Below the pieces are notes generated by a model. It saw only the letters and a program-made list of their open reading frames with translations. It was not told the DNA's origin and searched no databases. From a virus, in IMG/VR virus record IMGVR_UViG_3300013958_000126, positions 1 through 64,000 of that record: a DNA stretch of 64,000 nucleotides; one strand, written 5' to 3'. A program made the position numbers and the translations under genes. Positions 9,608 to 19,121 of this stretch are shown in pieces (the first letter of the stretch is position 1; each line of letters begins with the position of its first letter).

Positions 9608-10368
9608 TATTCTGCCTCCACTTTTAATTCAGGATTAAATACCGGAATCTTCTCTGATTTGAAGAGACATCGTTTATGCATTAAATCAATCTTAGCTTTT
9701 ACAGCCAGATCGTCAATCTCTCCTGTACGAAGATATCTGTCCAGAACTTCATATGGGAATCCTAAATTGTCCTCATCTGTCTTTCCACATAATCCATCAA
9801 TTGGAATCTTTTCAATAAGTTCTGTAGGAAGCAATAATTCATATCCAAGTTTTTTAACTTCATATACAGTTAATTTTCCTAACGGACTAAAATCACCTGC
9901 CGAATCACCATACCTGGTTTCATAACCGACATATGATTCTGAAAGATTACATGTATTTGCTACTCTTCCATTACAAGACTGAGAGACAGCATATAATGTA
10001 GACATTCTAATACGTGCCGGAAGATTTATTTTTGTCTGTTCGCTGATCTCGATTCCTGAGCTTTCGAGTCTTGACAATACACTTCGAACTGTGTCGCTAA
10101 TGTTGATTTCGTATGATTTAATATCAAGAAATTCACAAAGCTTGTACGCAGCATAAATATCTTTCTGCTGACCCTGTGGCATTAGTACACCAATTACACG
10201 ATCTTTTCCAAGAGCTTCTACACAAAGCGCTGCTACTACGGAAGAATCTTTTCCACCAGAGATTCCTACAATTGCATTGCAGCCGGGACCATTCTGATCG
10301 AACCAGTCTCTGATCCACTGTACAATTTCATTCTTGAGTTCTTTAAAATATCCATCGTAATATTTCAT
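9607..10368 (-). CDS. nadE: NH3-dependent NAD+ synthetase
   Basis: 253 aa; PP-loop ATP pyrophosphatase motif GISGGKDSS and NadE-like downstream blocks. Confidence 0.8.
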   Translation of the reverse strand: MKYYDGYFKELKNEIVQWIRDWFDQNGPGCNAIVGISGGKDSSVVAALCVEALGKDRVIGVLMPQGQQKDIYAAYKLCEFLDIKSYEINISDTVRSVLSRLESSGIEISEQTKINLPARIRMSTLYAVSQSCNGRVANTCNLSESYVGYETRYGDSAGDFSPLGKLTVYEVKKLGYELLLPTELIEKIPIDGLCGKTDEDNLGFPYEVLDRYLRTGEIDDLAVKAKIDLMHKRCLFKSEKIPVFNPELKVEAE

Positions 10369-10369
10369 C

Positions 10370-10729
10370 TTATAATCCTCCTAAACAATTAATATATTGT
10401 TTAACATTGCCATTATCATATGTCTTTGTAATCAATACGGCAGACACTGTTTGTCCTATTCTTCCATGATATTTACGATATGTACTTTCATCACTAAGTG
10501 AATATTCCACTCCGTTATAGTCTACCGTAATTTCATACTCGGCATAATCTGTCCGAAATTGTGGAACATGATTAATTATACCTATGAAACGAGTTTCTTT
10601 CGGTTTATAGTATTCATTAACAATTTTGACTTTTACACTTTCTTCTTTCTTATCAATACATTTAGCGCAACCAGTCAACATAAATGCACTGATAAGCAGA
10701 AGAATTAATATAGTAGTTACCTTTTTCAT
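10370..10729 (-). CDS. Putative lipoprotein
   Basis: 119 aa; signal peptide with lipobox LTGC. Confidence 0.45.
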   Translation of the reverse strand: MKKVTTILILLLISAFMLTGCAKCIDKKEESVKVKIVNEYYKPKETRFIGIINHVPQFRTDYAEYEITVDYNGVEYSLSDESTYRKYHGRIGQTVSAVLITKTYDNGNVKQYINCLGGL

Positions 10730-10783
10730 TTTGATTCCTCCTGCAGTTCCTTTCTTACTTTCATAAGAATTTATATGTAACTC

Positions 10784-11068
10784 CTACTGTCCTTTATGTC
10801 TTGACATATCGACTGTTGTTTTAAAATATTTACCAATTGTTGCAATTGTTGCACAAATAACAGGGATCATTGGTTTCGTAAATCTAGTTGTATTAAATAT
10901 GATATTTAATCCATTAACCAATGCGTCCCCTACAAAAAATTTCAGTATACATCCACCTATGTAAGCAAACATAAATGATAATGCCGGACTAATAACAAGA
11001 GTGAAAATCGCAAGGATGATTACTGTAAACGCACCTATTCCTTCTAATGTATTATCTTTTCTGTTCAT
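10784..11068 (-). CDS. Membrane protein
   Basis: 94 aa, hydrophobic. Confidence 0.4.
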   Translation of the reverse strand: MNRKDNTLEGIGAFTVIILAIFTLVISPALSFMFAYIGGCILKFFVGDALVNGLNIIFNTTRFTKPMIPVICATIATIGKYFKTTVDMSRHKGQ

Positions 11069-11477
11069 TTAATTCCTCCGAATCTTTTTCATATTCAACT
11101 ACAATTACATGTAATCCATATCTTCTTGCAGTATCAATCATATTTTTTGTACCTCGCGATTCACCATCCCAAAATGCGATCAACGTACCAGAGCCTGATT
11201 CTGATGCAAATTTTGCCATTTCATTATTACGTCTAGGGCCAGCAGACTTTCCATAAACTCCCCATAACGCTTGAAATCTTATAACGGAGTAACCATTATC
11301 AAACGCATAACATTCACCAAGCCTATCTGCACCTTTTGCACCACCACTGATAACTCTAATTTGCTGAGTGTTATTAACTTGATTCTCTTCGATATAATCT
11401 GACACAGTTTTCTTAAGCAAACGATAATCATCAAAATCTCGTGAACCGGCTATAATAATATTCATCGCCTCGCTCAT
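11052..11477 (-). CDS. SLOG/DprA-like Rossmann-fold protein (DUF2493-like)
   Basis: 141 aa; IIAGSRDF ... VISGGAKGADRLGE ... FWDGESRGT pattern typical of the Smf/DprA-LOG (SLOG) superfamily. Confidence 0.5.
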   Translation of the reverse strand: MSEAMNIIIAGSRDFDDYRLLKKTVSDYIEENQVNNTQQIRVISGGAKGADRLGECYAFDNGYSVIRFQALWGVYGKSAGPRRNNEMAKFASESGSGTLIAFWDGESRGTKNMIDTARRYGLHVIVVEYEKDSEELNEQKR

Positions 11478-12016
11478 TCATCCAGCCTCCATAATTCCAC
11501 ATCATAATCTTTAAGTTCCTCTTCAATGATTTTATAAACCATTTCCCAGTCTGCTCCCCCTCTTCCACAACCAATCTTATACGGAAGTGCTACTGAAGTT
11601 CTACAAAGATCTTTTCCTTCTAGTCCATTTTTTTCACGCCATACTCCAAAATGTTGCGAAATATATCTTAAACCATATCTAAAAGCTTCAAGATCTGTAT
11701 ACTGTTTACCATCATATCCATATTTATTTTGTGCGAATAAAGACAATACAATTTGACCTCTATCTTTCAATAAATATGCATCACACGTTCCGAGTAGTTC
11801 TTCCGACTCGAACTTACAAAACTCACAAAACTTTCTATAGTGTTTATAAATGCCTTCATCATAATCTCTTAATGCTTTAGCGACTCCAGTGTTCATTTCT
11901 CCTTGGCAGTTAACCTGATGAATTATAAAATCTGTCTTTGCATTAACGATATTACCTTCAATAATTTTAATCATAAATCTTTTCCTATAAATCCTGAAAT
12001 GTAAACTTCTCGCCAC
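11474..12016 (-). CDS. Macro-domain protein (ADP-ribose / ADP-ribose-1''-phosphate processing)
   Basis: 180 aa; macro-domain signature IHQVNCQGEMNTGVAKAL (cf. NAxN..GGGV). Confidence 0.65.
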   Translation of the reverse strand: MARSLHFRIYRKRFMIKIIEGNIVNAKTDFIIHQVNCQGEMNTGVAKALRDYDEGIYKHYRKFCEFCKFESEELLGTCDAYLLKDRGQIVLSLFAQNKYGYDGKQYTDLEAFRYGLRYISQHFGVWREKNGLEGKDLCRTSVALPYKIGCGRGGADWEMVYKIIEEELKDYDVELWRLDE

Positions 12017-12392
12017 AGGAGCAAATCACTTCTCCAATAGTTCCGATTGATGTTGGTGTAAAGCACCATGTAAGAGAGCCGCCTATGCAACCATGTCCCA
12101 TTGCTCTCTGTTCCATAGTTTTCAAACCATGTTTCTCAGCATCATGTTTTAATTCCCACTCTCTGATTTTCTCTTGTTCTTTTTCTGAAATTGGAAATCC
12201 TCTATACAGATCCTCTTTCGCTTTTTTCAGTTCTGCTTCCATTCTCTGCATTTCAGAATCTTTATAATGCTCATCTTTGAGTTTCTTGTTTTCTTCTCCT
12301 AAGTATTTAATTCGTTTTTCATAAGTATCTACTTTATCAATAATCCCCTGACAAAGATCTGAAACTGAATCAGTAAAATATGTTCTACTCAT
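11985..12392 (-). CDS. Hypothetical coiled-coil protein with C-terminal Cys cluster
   Basis: 135-aa ORF. Confidence 0.4.
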   Translation of the reverse strand: MSRTYFTDSVSDLCQGIIDKVDTYEKRIKYLGEENKKLKDEHYKDSEMQRMEAELKKAKEDLYRGFPISEKEQEKIREWELKHDAEKHGLKTMEQRAMGHGCIGGSLTWCFTPTSIGTIGEVICSCGEKFTFQDL

Positions 12393-12394
12393 TT

Positions 12395-12934
12395 TTATAC
12401 CTCCTTCATTAAATATTTCACTGGAACCTTTTTAGTCAGCCAAACTCCATTTTTAGATAAGTAAAATTTGTATCCATCTTTGTACATCTGTTCACTATTG
12501 ATAGAATAAACAACTTCTTTACCATGTCTTTTGCCGACAGCTTTGGCAGTTTCAACATCTTTTGACAAATGAACATATAAACGACTTTTAGGAATCAGTC
12601 CGTTCTGATCAATAGACGCTATATATTTCTCGCCAGTTCCATGATAAAGAATTTTAGGTGGCTCTTTCTCTTCCAGTTCTACATCTACCGGAATTGAATG
12701 TCCCTGATTCGCTCTGATCAATGTCTTGTCATCATTGAAAGAATATCGCTGCTTATTGTCAGTCCGTACAATTTCCTCTAAAAATTCTTTGTTGAATCCG
12801 GGATTGTTTTTAGCGATACCCTGAATCAGTTCTTCTACATTCGCCCAACCATGTTCATCTATAGTAATACCAATAACTTCAGGCTTATGTCTTAATATAA
12901 GACTTATATATCTACTAATACTTTGTAAATTCAT
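12395..12934 (-). CDS. kptA: RNA 2'-phosphotransferase Tpt1/KptA (NAD+-dependent)
   Basis: 179 aa; LSLILRH, RANQGHS, HGT motifs of the Tpt1 family. Confidence 0.8.
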   Translation of the reverse strand: MNLQSISRYISLILRHKPEVIGITIDEHGWANVEELIQGIAKNNPGFNKEFLEEIVRTDNKQRYSFNDDKTLIRANQGHSIPVDVELEEKEPPKILYHGTGEKYIASIDQNGLIPKSRLYVHLSKDVETAKAVGKRHGKEVVYSINSEQMYKDGYKFYLSKNGVWLTKKVPVKYLMKEV

Positions 12935-12949
12935 TCTCTTTACTCCTCT

Positions 12950-13423
12950 TTACTCCATAAATGATGAAACATGTACAGTTACAAAATCGCTATGTGCACG
13001 AATATAATCCAAAGTTTTAACTGTATCTTCTACAATTGCAATCTGAGATGGCTTAAGTCCGAGCTTTTGTTGCAGCGTTTGAAGCACAGTAAGTTTTTCT
13101 GTCTTTTCTAAAGTGAAATAGATATTATCATCTGGCAGATCATAATTGTCTTTTATAAAAGCTCTTTTACCAGGAATTTCATTTAAAGGACTCTTTGAAC
13201 AGGTATATACTTTATTCACGCCTTTCTTCTGAATAAACTCCTGCATTAATTTGATCGGACGCACATCTTTATACGGATTCTCACCGGAAGCTACAAGTCT
13301 GTCCCATTCATCGTCAGTCATACTATGACTTAATTCAGAAAACTCATACGGAGCAAGTACTCCATCTACATCCATTACTACAATCACATCATCTTTTAAT
13401 AAATAATCTGTAATTTTACTCAT
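12950..13423 (-). CDS. HAD-superfamily phosphatase-like protein
   Basis: 157 aa; HAD motif I VVMDVDGVL. Confidence 0.5.
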   Translation of the reverse strand: MSKITDYLLKDDVIVVMDVDGVLAPYEFSELSHSMTDDEWDRLVASGENPYKDVRPIKLMQEFIQKKGVNKVYTCSKSPLNEIPGKRAFIKDNYDLPDDNIYFTLEKTEKLTVLQTLQQKLGLKPSQIAIVEDTVKTLDYIRAHSDFVTVHVSSFME

Positions 13424-14891
13424 CTTTGTTTCTTCCGTTTAATCTGTCTCTGATTTCTTTAAATATTTCTGTATGATATATTTCACCGTCTTTAAATACA
13501 GTTTTTAATGCCCCATCATAAACAAAGCTGTCATATCCATCTCTGCACCTTAATTCTCCATTTTCATCGTAATATACATGACAACATCCTTTATGAGATT
13601 TCTTTAAATGGCTTACATCTGTCTTTGGATCTTTGTAAATCATAATCGGTTGTCCGTTAACTTCTCCAAATGTAGCTTTCATAGCAATGCCGAACATATC
13701 TCTGGTTACAACGACCATACGTCCATCAGGTTCTACAACTGCCGAGAAACAAAAAGCCCCAACTCCAAATACAATGTTGTTTGCAGCGAATCCTTTCTTC
13801 TCAAGTTCTTCCCATACCTTTTTTACATTGTTAAGAGTACAGCCATCACCATAGATAATTCCAATATGAGGGTCCAGTACTTTGTAACCTTTGCTATTTA
13901 CTGATCCTTCAAATGTATTCCAGAGTTTTTCGATAGTCTTAACTGAAATCTCTACCATATCACCAGAATCCGGACGAACCAAGAGCTTACCATTGTGCTG
14001 CATAATTTCTTTTTTGCAAGCTGGAAGAATATTGTCAATCATGTTCCAGTAATCATATGTATCAGATACCATGCTGAAAGATGCATTCGGATATAATTCT
14101 GTAAGTAGTCTTTTCACAAATGTAATTTCGTCTCCGTCCACAGCATAATTTGAAGCCATGACCGCATGTTCGGTAGAAATCGCACCAATTCCAATATGAC
14201 TCACGCTACAGTCATTGAAATAATATTTGTCCAAATAATCAATTGCCGGGATCGTACTTGTCTTATCAAAGGATAATAGCCAAGCAACGGAGCATCTCTC
14301 TGCTTCTTCCATACAGGACATTCCACGCATTCCAAAGTCTGAGCAGGCCATTTCAGGTCTTAAAATGTCGTCGCAGGTCTTTTTATAGTAGAAATTTGCC
14401 AGTTCTCTGTACATATGTCCAATTGTTGCATGAGCACACGGCTTCCAAAGCTCAACCTGCAGAATACACTCAATCCACTGCACAACCCATGCAAAATCTG
14501 GATGTGTATTCGTGATTTCAATGCATGGCACTCCCATAGGCACTAATGTACCTTCCGGTAATGCACGGATCTGAATCGGAAGATACCCTAATTCGTGAAG
14601 TTTAAGGATTGGAGAAATATCGTAATTTCCTTCTCCTAACTGAATGTCCATACTAATTGTATAAAGTTCTTGAACTTCATCAGTGCTTAATTTAAAGAAA
14701 TCTCTTTTAAAATATGTAATAAGATATTCTTTAATAAAAGCCTGCAGTCCGAAGAAAACCATATGATCCTGCTCCTTTAACATTGATCTTCTCGGAGTCC
14801 AATAAGAGACTAACTTCGTCAATCCTCTCGGAAACATATTGTGGTGTACTTGTTTGTAAGTATCGCTTAACAGAATTGCTAAGGTATCCAT
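13416..14891 (-). CDS. nadV: Nicotinamide phosphoribosyltransferase family enzyme (NadV / Namat-like)
   Basis: 491 aa; NAMPT N-terminal LLSDTYKQVH block and full-length similarity pattern; cannot distinguish NadV from Namat by eye. Confidence 0.75.
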   Translation of the reverse strand: MDTLAILLSDTYKQVHHNMFPRGLTKLVSYWTPRRSMLKEQDHMVFFGLQAFIKEYLITYFKRDFFKLSTDEVQELYTISMDIQLGEGNYDISPILKLHELGYLPIQIRALPEGTLVPMGVPCIEITNTHPDFAWVVQWIECILQVELWKPCAHATIGHMYRELANFYYKKTCDDILRPEMACSDFGMRGMSCMEEAERCSVAWLLSFDKTSTIPAIDYLDKYYFNDCSVSHIGIGAISTEHAVMASNYAVDGDEITFVKRLLTELYPNASFSMVSDTYDYWNMIDNILPACKKEIMQHNGKLLVRPDSGDMVEISVKTIEKLWNTFEGSVNSKGYKVLDPHIGIIYGDGCTLNNVKKVWEELEKKGFAANNIVFGVGAFCFSAVVEPDGRMVVVTRDMFGIAMKATFGEVNGQPIMIYKDPKTDVSHLKKSHKGCCHVYYDENGELRCRDGYDSFVYDGALKTVFKDGEIYHTEIFKEIRDRLNGRNKDE

Positions 14892-15259
14892 TATTTTTTA
14901 TCCTCCTCTTTGTCATTTACAATTTTATCAATCTGATCTGTGATATAATCAACTACATCTTTACCAGTTTTGCCAATTGTTTGAATATTATCTGGTGTGA
15001 TTTCATTTACAACTGCCATCGTATATATTGTTTCTGTATTAGGTGTCATGATTGTAATGATAGTCATTACAACACATCCGATAATTAATTTGCTAATAGT
15101 TTTTCTAAACTTAAATGGTTCGTTATATCCGGTTAATCCAGCAAATAAAGCACACATAGCAATAACTCCGCATATTCCTGCGATCATTCCAAAAAATGTT
15201 GTTAAATTATCTGCTCTACTAGCAGAATAAATCAACCAAGGACTAATAATCGGTTTCAT
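14891..15259 (-). CDS. Membrane protein
   Basis: 122 aa, 3 predicted TM helices. Confidence 0.45.
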   Translation of the reverse strand: MKPIISPWLIYSASRADNLTTFFGMIAGICGVIAMCALFAGLTGYNEPFKFRKTISKLIIGCVVMTIITIMTPNTETIYTMAVVNEITPDNIQTIGKTGKDVVDYITDQIDKIVNDKEEDKK

Positions 15260-15272
15260 ATTTTTATCTCCC

Positions 15273-15662
15273 TTATAACTTTCCTATCAAACAGCCCCAA
15301 GTAAAAGCAATCTGAAACATATGAGTTATCTGATCTTGAATTAAATTAATTTTCTTTTTATTGGCTTTCATATCATCTACTAACATATGTATCAATAAAT
15401 TCATAACCAATAATAAAGGATTCCATTTACCGCCAATAATCATAAGCGCAATTGTTGGTGGTAACATAATCATAAATGACCAACTAAAGCTATGCATAAA
15501 CAACGCTGCTAAATAATCATATTTATATAATTTTCCTGGTGCATTCTTTTCCCACCATGATTTTTGTTTTGCAGATGCCAACCATCCTTGTAAATAATAA
15601 TCATCTACAATGTGGCAGAAAATCATTGTAAATAATATAAATATTTTATATGCAATATTCAT
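15273..15662 (-). CDS. Membrane protein (DUF3307-like)
   Basis: 129 aa hydrophobic. Confidence 0.4.
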   Translation of the reverse strand: MNIAYKIFILFTMIFCHIVDDYYLQGWLASAKQKSWWEKNAPGKLYKYDYLAALFMHSFSWSFMIMLPPTIALMIIGGKWNPLLLVMNLLIHMLVDDMKANKKKINLIQDQITHMFQIAFTWGCLIGKL

Positions 15663-16465
15663 TATCTAAACCTTTCAACCAGTTCAATCTTAGGACTTTC
15701 CAGATTTGTTAGAATCGTATCTGTCGTATAAATCTTCTCAATCAGTCCATTGTTTTTCAGAAGTTCTCCTTCATAAATAGTATTCTCACAATGAGTTATA
15801 TAAAGATAAATCTTATTTACTCCTGTTTCTTTTAGTTTCTTAGCACTATAATAAAAAGTACCACCTCTGCTGCAGATATCATCTACAATAAGGATATCTT
15901 TACCTGGCAGTTGATTAATTTCACCTGATAAATCTAAACCTTTAATTTCTCCAGTCTCCCAATCTCTATTCTTAATACCGAAAGCATATGGAAGATGTAC
16001 TGCTGAAGAATATCGCTTCATGGATCCCGCATCCGGATAAAACATCATAAGGTTATTACTCGCAATCTTCTTAACAGCATCCTCAATCATTCGATTCGGG
16101 GATTCTACATGTACTTTATTAAATAATGCGGCAGATACATCAGAATGCGGATCTAAAACTTCTACTTTTCCAAAATGTAATGAATTAATAGTCTGAGCAA
16201 AATATTTTAAAGTAAATAATTCGTTCTCATGCTTGACTCGATCCATACGTGCATCTGGGATATAAGGCATATATAAATTAGGCACTACTCTATGATCCCA
16301 ACAATATCTAGTAATATATTCAACTGCTGTTAATTCTTCCATTGATTCAAAGAACCATTCAATATTATCTCTACACCATCCTCCGATGGGTGGGATATTC
16401 TTAAATAAGAATGTCCCATCAGGATATTTGTCAAGTTTGATTTCTACACCGTTTAATTTAATCAT
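15662..16465 (-). CDS. Ribose-phosphate pyrophosphokinase family enzyme, N-terminally trimmed (Prs / Adps-like)
   Basis: 267 aa; PRPP-binding loop ILIVDDICSRGGT, PP-loop-like PDARMDR, FYPDAGSMKRY. Confidence 0.75.
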   Translation of the reverse strand: MIKLNGVEIKLDKYPDGTFLFKNIPPIGGWCRDNIEWFFESMEELTAVEYITRYCWDHRVVPNLYMPYIPDARMDRVKHENELFTLKYFAQTINSLHFGKVEVLDPHSDVSAALFNKVHVESPNRMIEDAVKKIASNNLMMFYPDAGSMKRYSSAVHLPYAFGIKNRDWETGEIKGLDLSGEINQLPGKDILIVDDICSRGGTFYYSAKKLKETGVNKIYLYITHCENTIYEGELLKNNGLIEKIYTTDTILTNLESPKIELVERFR

Positions 16466-17572
16466 TTAGTTCTCCTCACGTTCAAACAATTTTAATTTCC
16501 AGTTATCTTTGAATATTTTATGTATTTCATAAAGAGATATATTAGACTCGCAATATTCATTCATATGAGTCATAGCCAATGTCTTTCGACATGGGATTCC
16601 AGAGGTTTTTATGTCTGCTTGACATCTTTCATATAGTTCTTCAACATTTAACTTCCCATATCTCAAAGTATCCTGATGCGGATTTGGAACATTGGTTAAA
16701 TCTTTTATGTCTGGATTAATCTCTTCCTTATTACATTCAGTTGGGAACGCACCGGCTCCATGTCTAGTCATATATGTACGTGTCACATAACAAGCTTCTA
16801 TATTAATCTCATCAGTCCAATTTACAGACTTTATAATTCTTGCAGGATTTTTAATACCAGTGTTGGATGGAGTAAGATGTGGGTAATATTCAGTATTATT
16901 TTGATCTAAAAGAAGCCCCTGCCCATTTTCAAATACTATGATATCGTATCCATCAAGTAATTGATCATCATTCACGACATGTATGTGCGACATCATAAAA
17001 TCAAAATCTTCATTGTAATGGTCTTGAAGCCAAGGATTTTTGAAATGATTAAATAATTCTTCTTCCTGCTCAGATAACGTAATTCCCATGCGCTTGAACA
17101 TATTCATATAATATGACCATGACGATGAATATGAAGTAATATGTTTTTTATAGCGTTGAATTGTATTATAAATACCCATTCCACAGCTTCCGTGTTTATT
17201 ATTACCGCGGCTTTTCTCGATTATTTGATTTGCCATCATATCAAAAGGATTTGTAATCATACATTTTTCATGAACATACACATGAGGTTTCCATCCTAAT
17301 TTCTTCAACTCTTCCCATTCTTCCCTAAATACCAGAGGATTTAAAATAAAATCCTCCGGTAAATAAGTATCTGCTCCGTTTAATGTTCCAGAGCCGAAAT
17401 GGTGAAAGACATGCCGGGTTCCATCTGATTTTAATACTGTATGTCCTCTCTGAGCGCCGCCATTTGAACACACAACGATACAGTTATCTGCATTTTTAGT
17501 ATAATAATCTGTTAATTTGCCCTTACCCTCGTCACCAAAGTTTGCCCCGATGACAATTTTTATATCTTTCAT
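16466..17572 (-). CDS. Adenylosuccinate synthetase family ligase (short PurA/PurZ-like)
   Basis: 368 aa; PurA P-loop GDEGKGK, GGAQRGHT, HGSCGMGIYNT (cf. TGRGIGP) blocks; start abuts Prs-like stop. Confidence 0.65.
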   Translation of the reverse strand: MKDIKIVIGANFGDEGKGKLTDYYTKNADNCIVVCSNGGAQRGHTVLKSDGTRHVFHHFGSGTLNGADTYLPEDFILNPLVFREEWEELKKLGWKPHVYVHEKCMITNPFDMMANQIIEKSRGNNKHGSCGMGIYNTIQRYKKHITSYSSSWSYYMNMFKRMGITLSEQEEELFNHFKNPWLQDHYNEDFDFMMSHIHVVNDDQLLDGYDIIVFENGQGLLLDQNNTEYYPHLTPSNTGIKNPARIIKSVNWTDEINIEACYVTRTYMTRHGAGAFPTECNKEEINPDIKDLTNVPNPHQDTLRYGKLNVEELYERCQADIKTSGIPCRKTLAMTHMNEYCESNISLYEIHKIFKDNWKLKLFEREEN

Positions 17573-17581
17573 ATATTCTCC

Positions 17582-18478
17582 TTACCAAACAATAGCTCCT
17601 GATTCATCTGTCTTTGCCTGAACTAATGGTGTTACTTCTGGGATGTTGTTGCTTTCATTTGCAGAAGTAATAATTTCTACAATTGTATCTGTAATATCAT
17701 CAAGTTTATTAATTGTACAAAAATGCTTATCATCAAGATATTCTAAAAATGATTTTTTAATTTGCTCTTGGTCATACCCACCACGATGATTTACATTAAT
17801 ATGATAGATATCAAATTTCTCAGCAGTTTCTGTATACAAGTCTTTTGTTTCTACATCAGCCTGAAGTGAATCTCCTGTAGCATTTGATAAGCCACAATAA
17901 TATGCTGTCCTTGGAAGATAAGGATTAAGTCTCTCATCACCAATTGTGATAATTATTCCTTTTTTACCTCTATTCCAACAATCAAGCTTTGTATGTCTGG
18001 CACCAAAATACCATGCAGCAGTGTAAGATTCATAAGAATTACCACCACCACCAAACTCAAAATAAACTTTCTCAAGCTGTTCTGCAATTCGAATATCGGA
18101 TTCAAACTGAGATGCCTGTATTGGAAACCTATCATATGACAAATCGCCAATACCCATTACCATAAATTCAATATCTTCAACTTGTTCATATAATTTCGTC
18201 ATAATATTATTAAGTTTTTTAGATATTTCAACAGCTGCCTGCCCCATAGATCCGGTAACATCTAAAGCTAAAATAACTGGAACTGTATTTGGATGTTCTT
18301 TACTATCACAACATTCTCTTACGACATTTTTAGGATTGAGTGATGAATCAAGTTCTTTTGATTTAAACATTTCCTGATTAGAATAGCTTTTTGTGACTAC
18401 TCCTCGTGAATCAGTGTCATATCCTCTTGTTGTTGCATAATTTACAAAACTTGCCGTTGTCCAACTTCCGCTTCCCAT
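17582..18478 (-). CDS. von Willebrand factor A (vWA) domain protein
   Basis: 298 aa; MIDAS motif DVTGSM. Confidence 0.6.
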   Translation of the reverse strand: MGSGSWTTASFVNYATTRGYDTDSRGVVTKSYSNQEMFKSKELDSSLNPKNVVRECCDSKEHPNTVPVILALDVTGSMGQAAVEISKKLNNIMTKLYEQVEDIEFMVMGIGDLSYDRFPIQASQFESDIRIAEQLEKVYFEFGGGGNSYESYTAAWYFGARHTKLDCWNRGKKGIIITIGDERLNPYLPRTAYYCGLSNATGDSLQADVETKDLYTETAEKFDIYHINVNHRGGYDQEQIKKSFLEYLDDKHFCTINKLDDITDTIVEIITSANESNNIPEVTPLVQAKTDESGAIVW

Positions 18479-18480
18479 AA

Positions 18481-19113
18481 TTATTCATCCTCCTCTAAAT
18501 CATCTTCACTATCTTCTGTGTCTGTATCATCCATGCTAAAATCAAACATACCGTCAAATACATCACCAATACCACCATTCATCATCATAAATGGCATCAT
18601 AGCACTCATTGGATTACTGTCTGTTCCAGTTCCGGTACCGGCCGCTCCATTCATCATCTGGGACATCATCATATATTTAAAGATTTTATTTGCACTATTC
18701 TTATCTTTTCCAAGATTACTTCCAAACATAGATACAATTTTTCCATAGAAATAAGTATTTCCCATAAATACATGGCGCTCCGGCAGAATTGTTTCAACTG
18801 TAGAATCTTCATAATTGATTACAGTGATCTTTGTTTTATCTGCTTCGATGACGCACTTAGGTTTGCCATTTACAAGGATGATGTCTCCTTTAGCCACCTT
18901 ATTTGTTGGAATGACGAAGAAAAAGTTTTCATCTACTCCTGGGAATACAAAATTTCCACAGTTTGTGAGCTTACCGGATTTAACATTGTAACTCTTATAT
19001 CCATTAGAGGTTTTTACTGCGATATTACCACTCATAGATAACTTACACATTCCACTACCAATTTTTCCAAACATTCCATTCATAAAATTATTCATCATTT
19101 TAATTCCCTCCAT
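18481..19113 (-). CDS. Hypothetical Met-rich protein with poly-acidic C-terminus
   Basis: 210 aa; MMxxMM low-complexity segment, DTDTEDSEDDLEEDE tail. Confidence 0.45.
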   Translation of the reverse strand: MEGIKMMNNFMNGMFGKIGSGMCKLSMSGNIAVKTSNGYKSYNVKSGKLTNCGNFVFPGVDENFFFVIPTNKVAKGDIILVNGKPKCVIEADKTKITVINYEDSTVETILPERHVFMGNTYFYGKIVSMFGSNLGKDKNSANKIFKYMMMSQMMNGAAGTGTGTDSNPMSAMMPFMMMNGGIGDVFDGMFDFSMDDTDTEDSEDDLEEDE

Positions 19114-19121
19114 TGTTTAAT

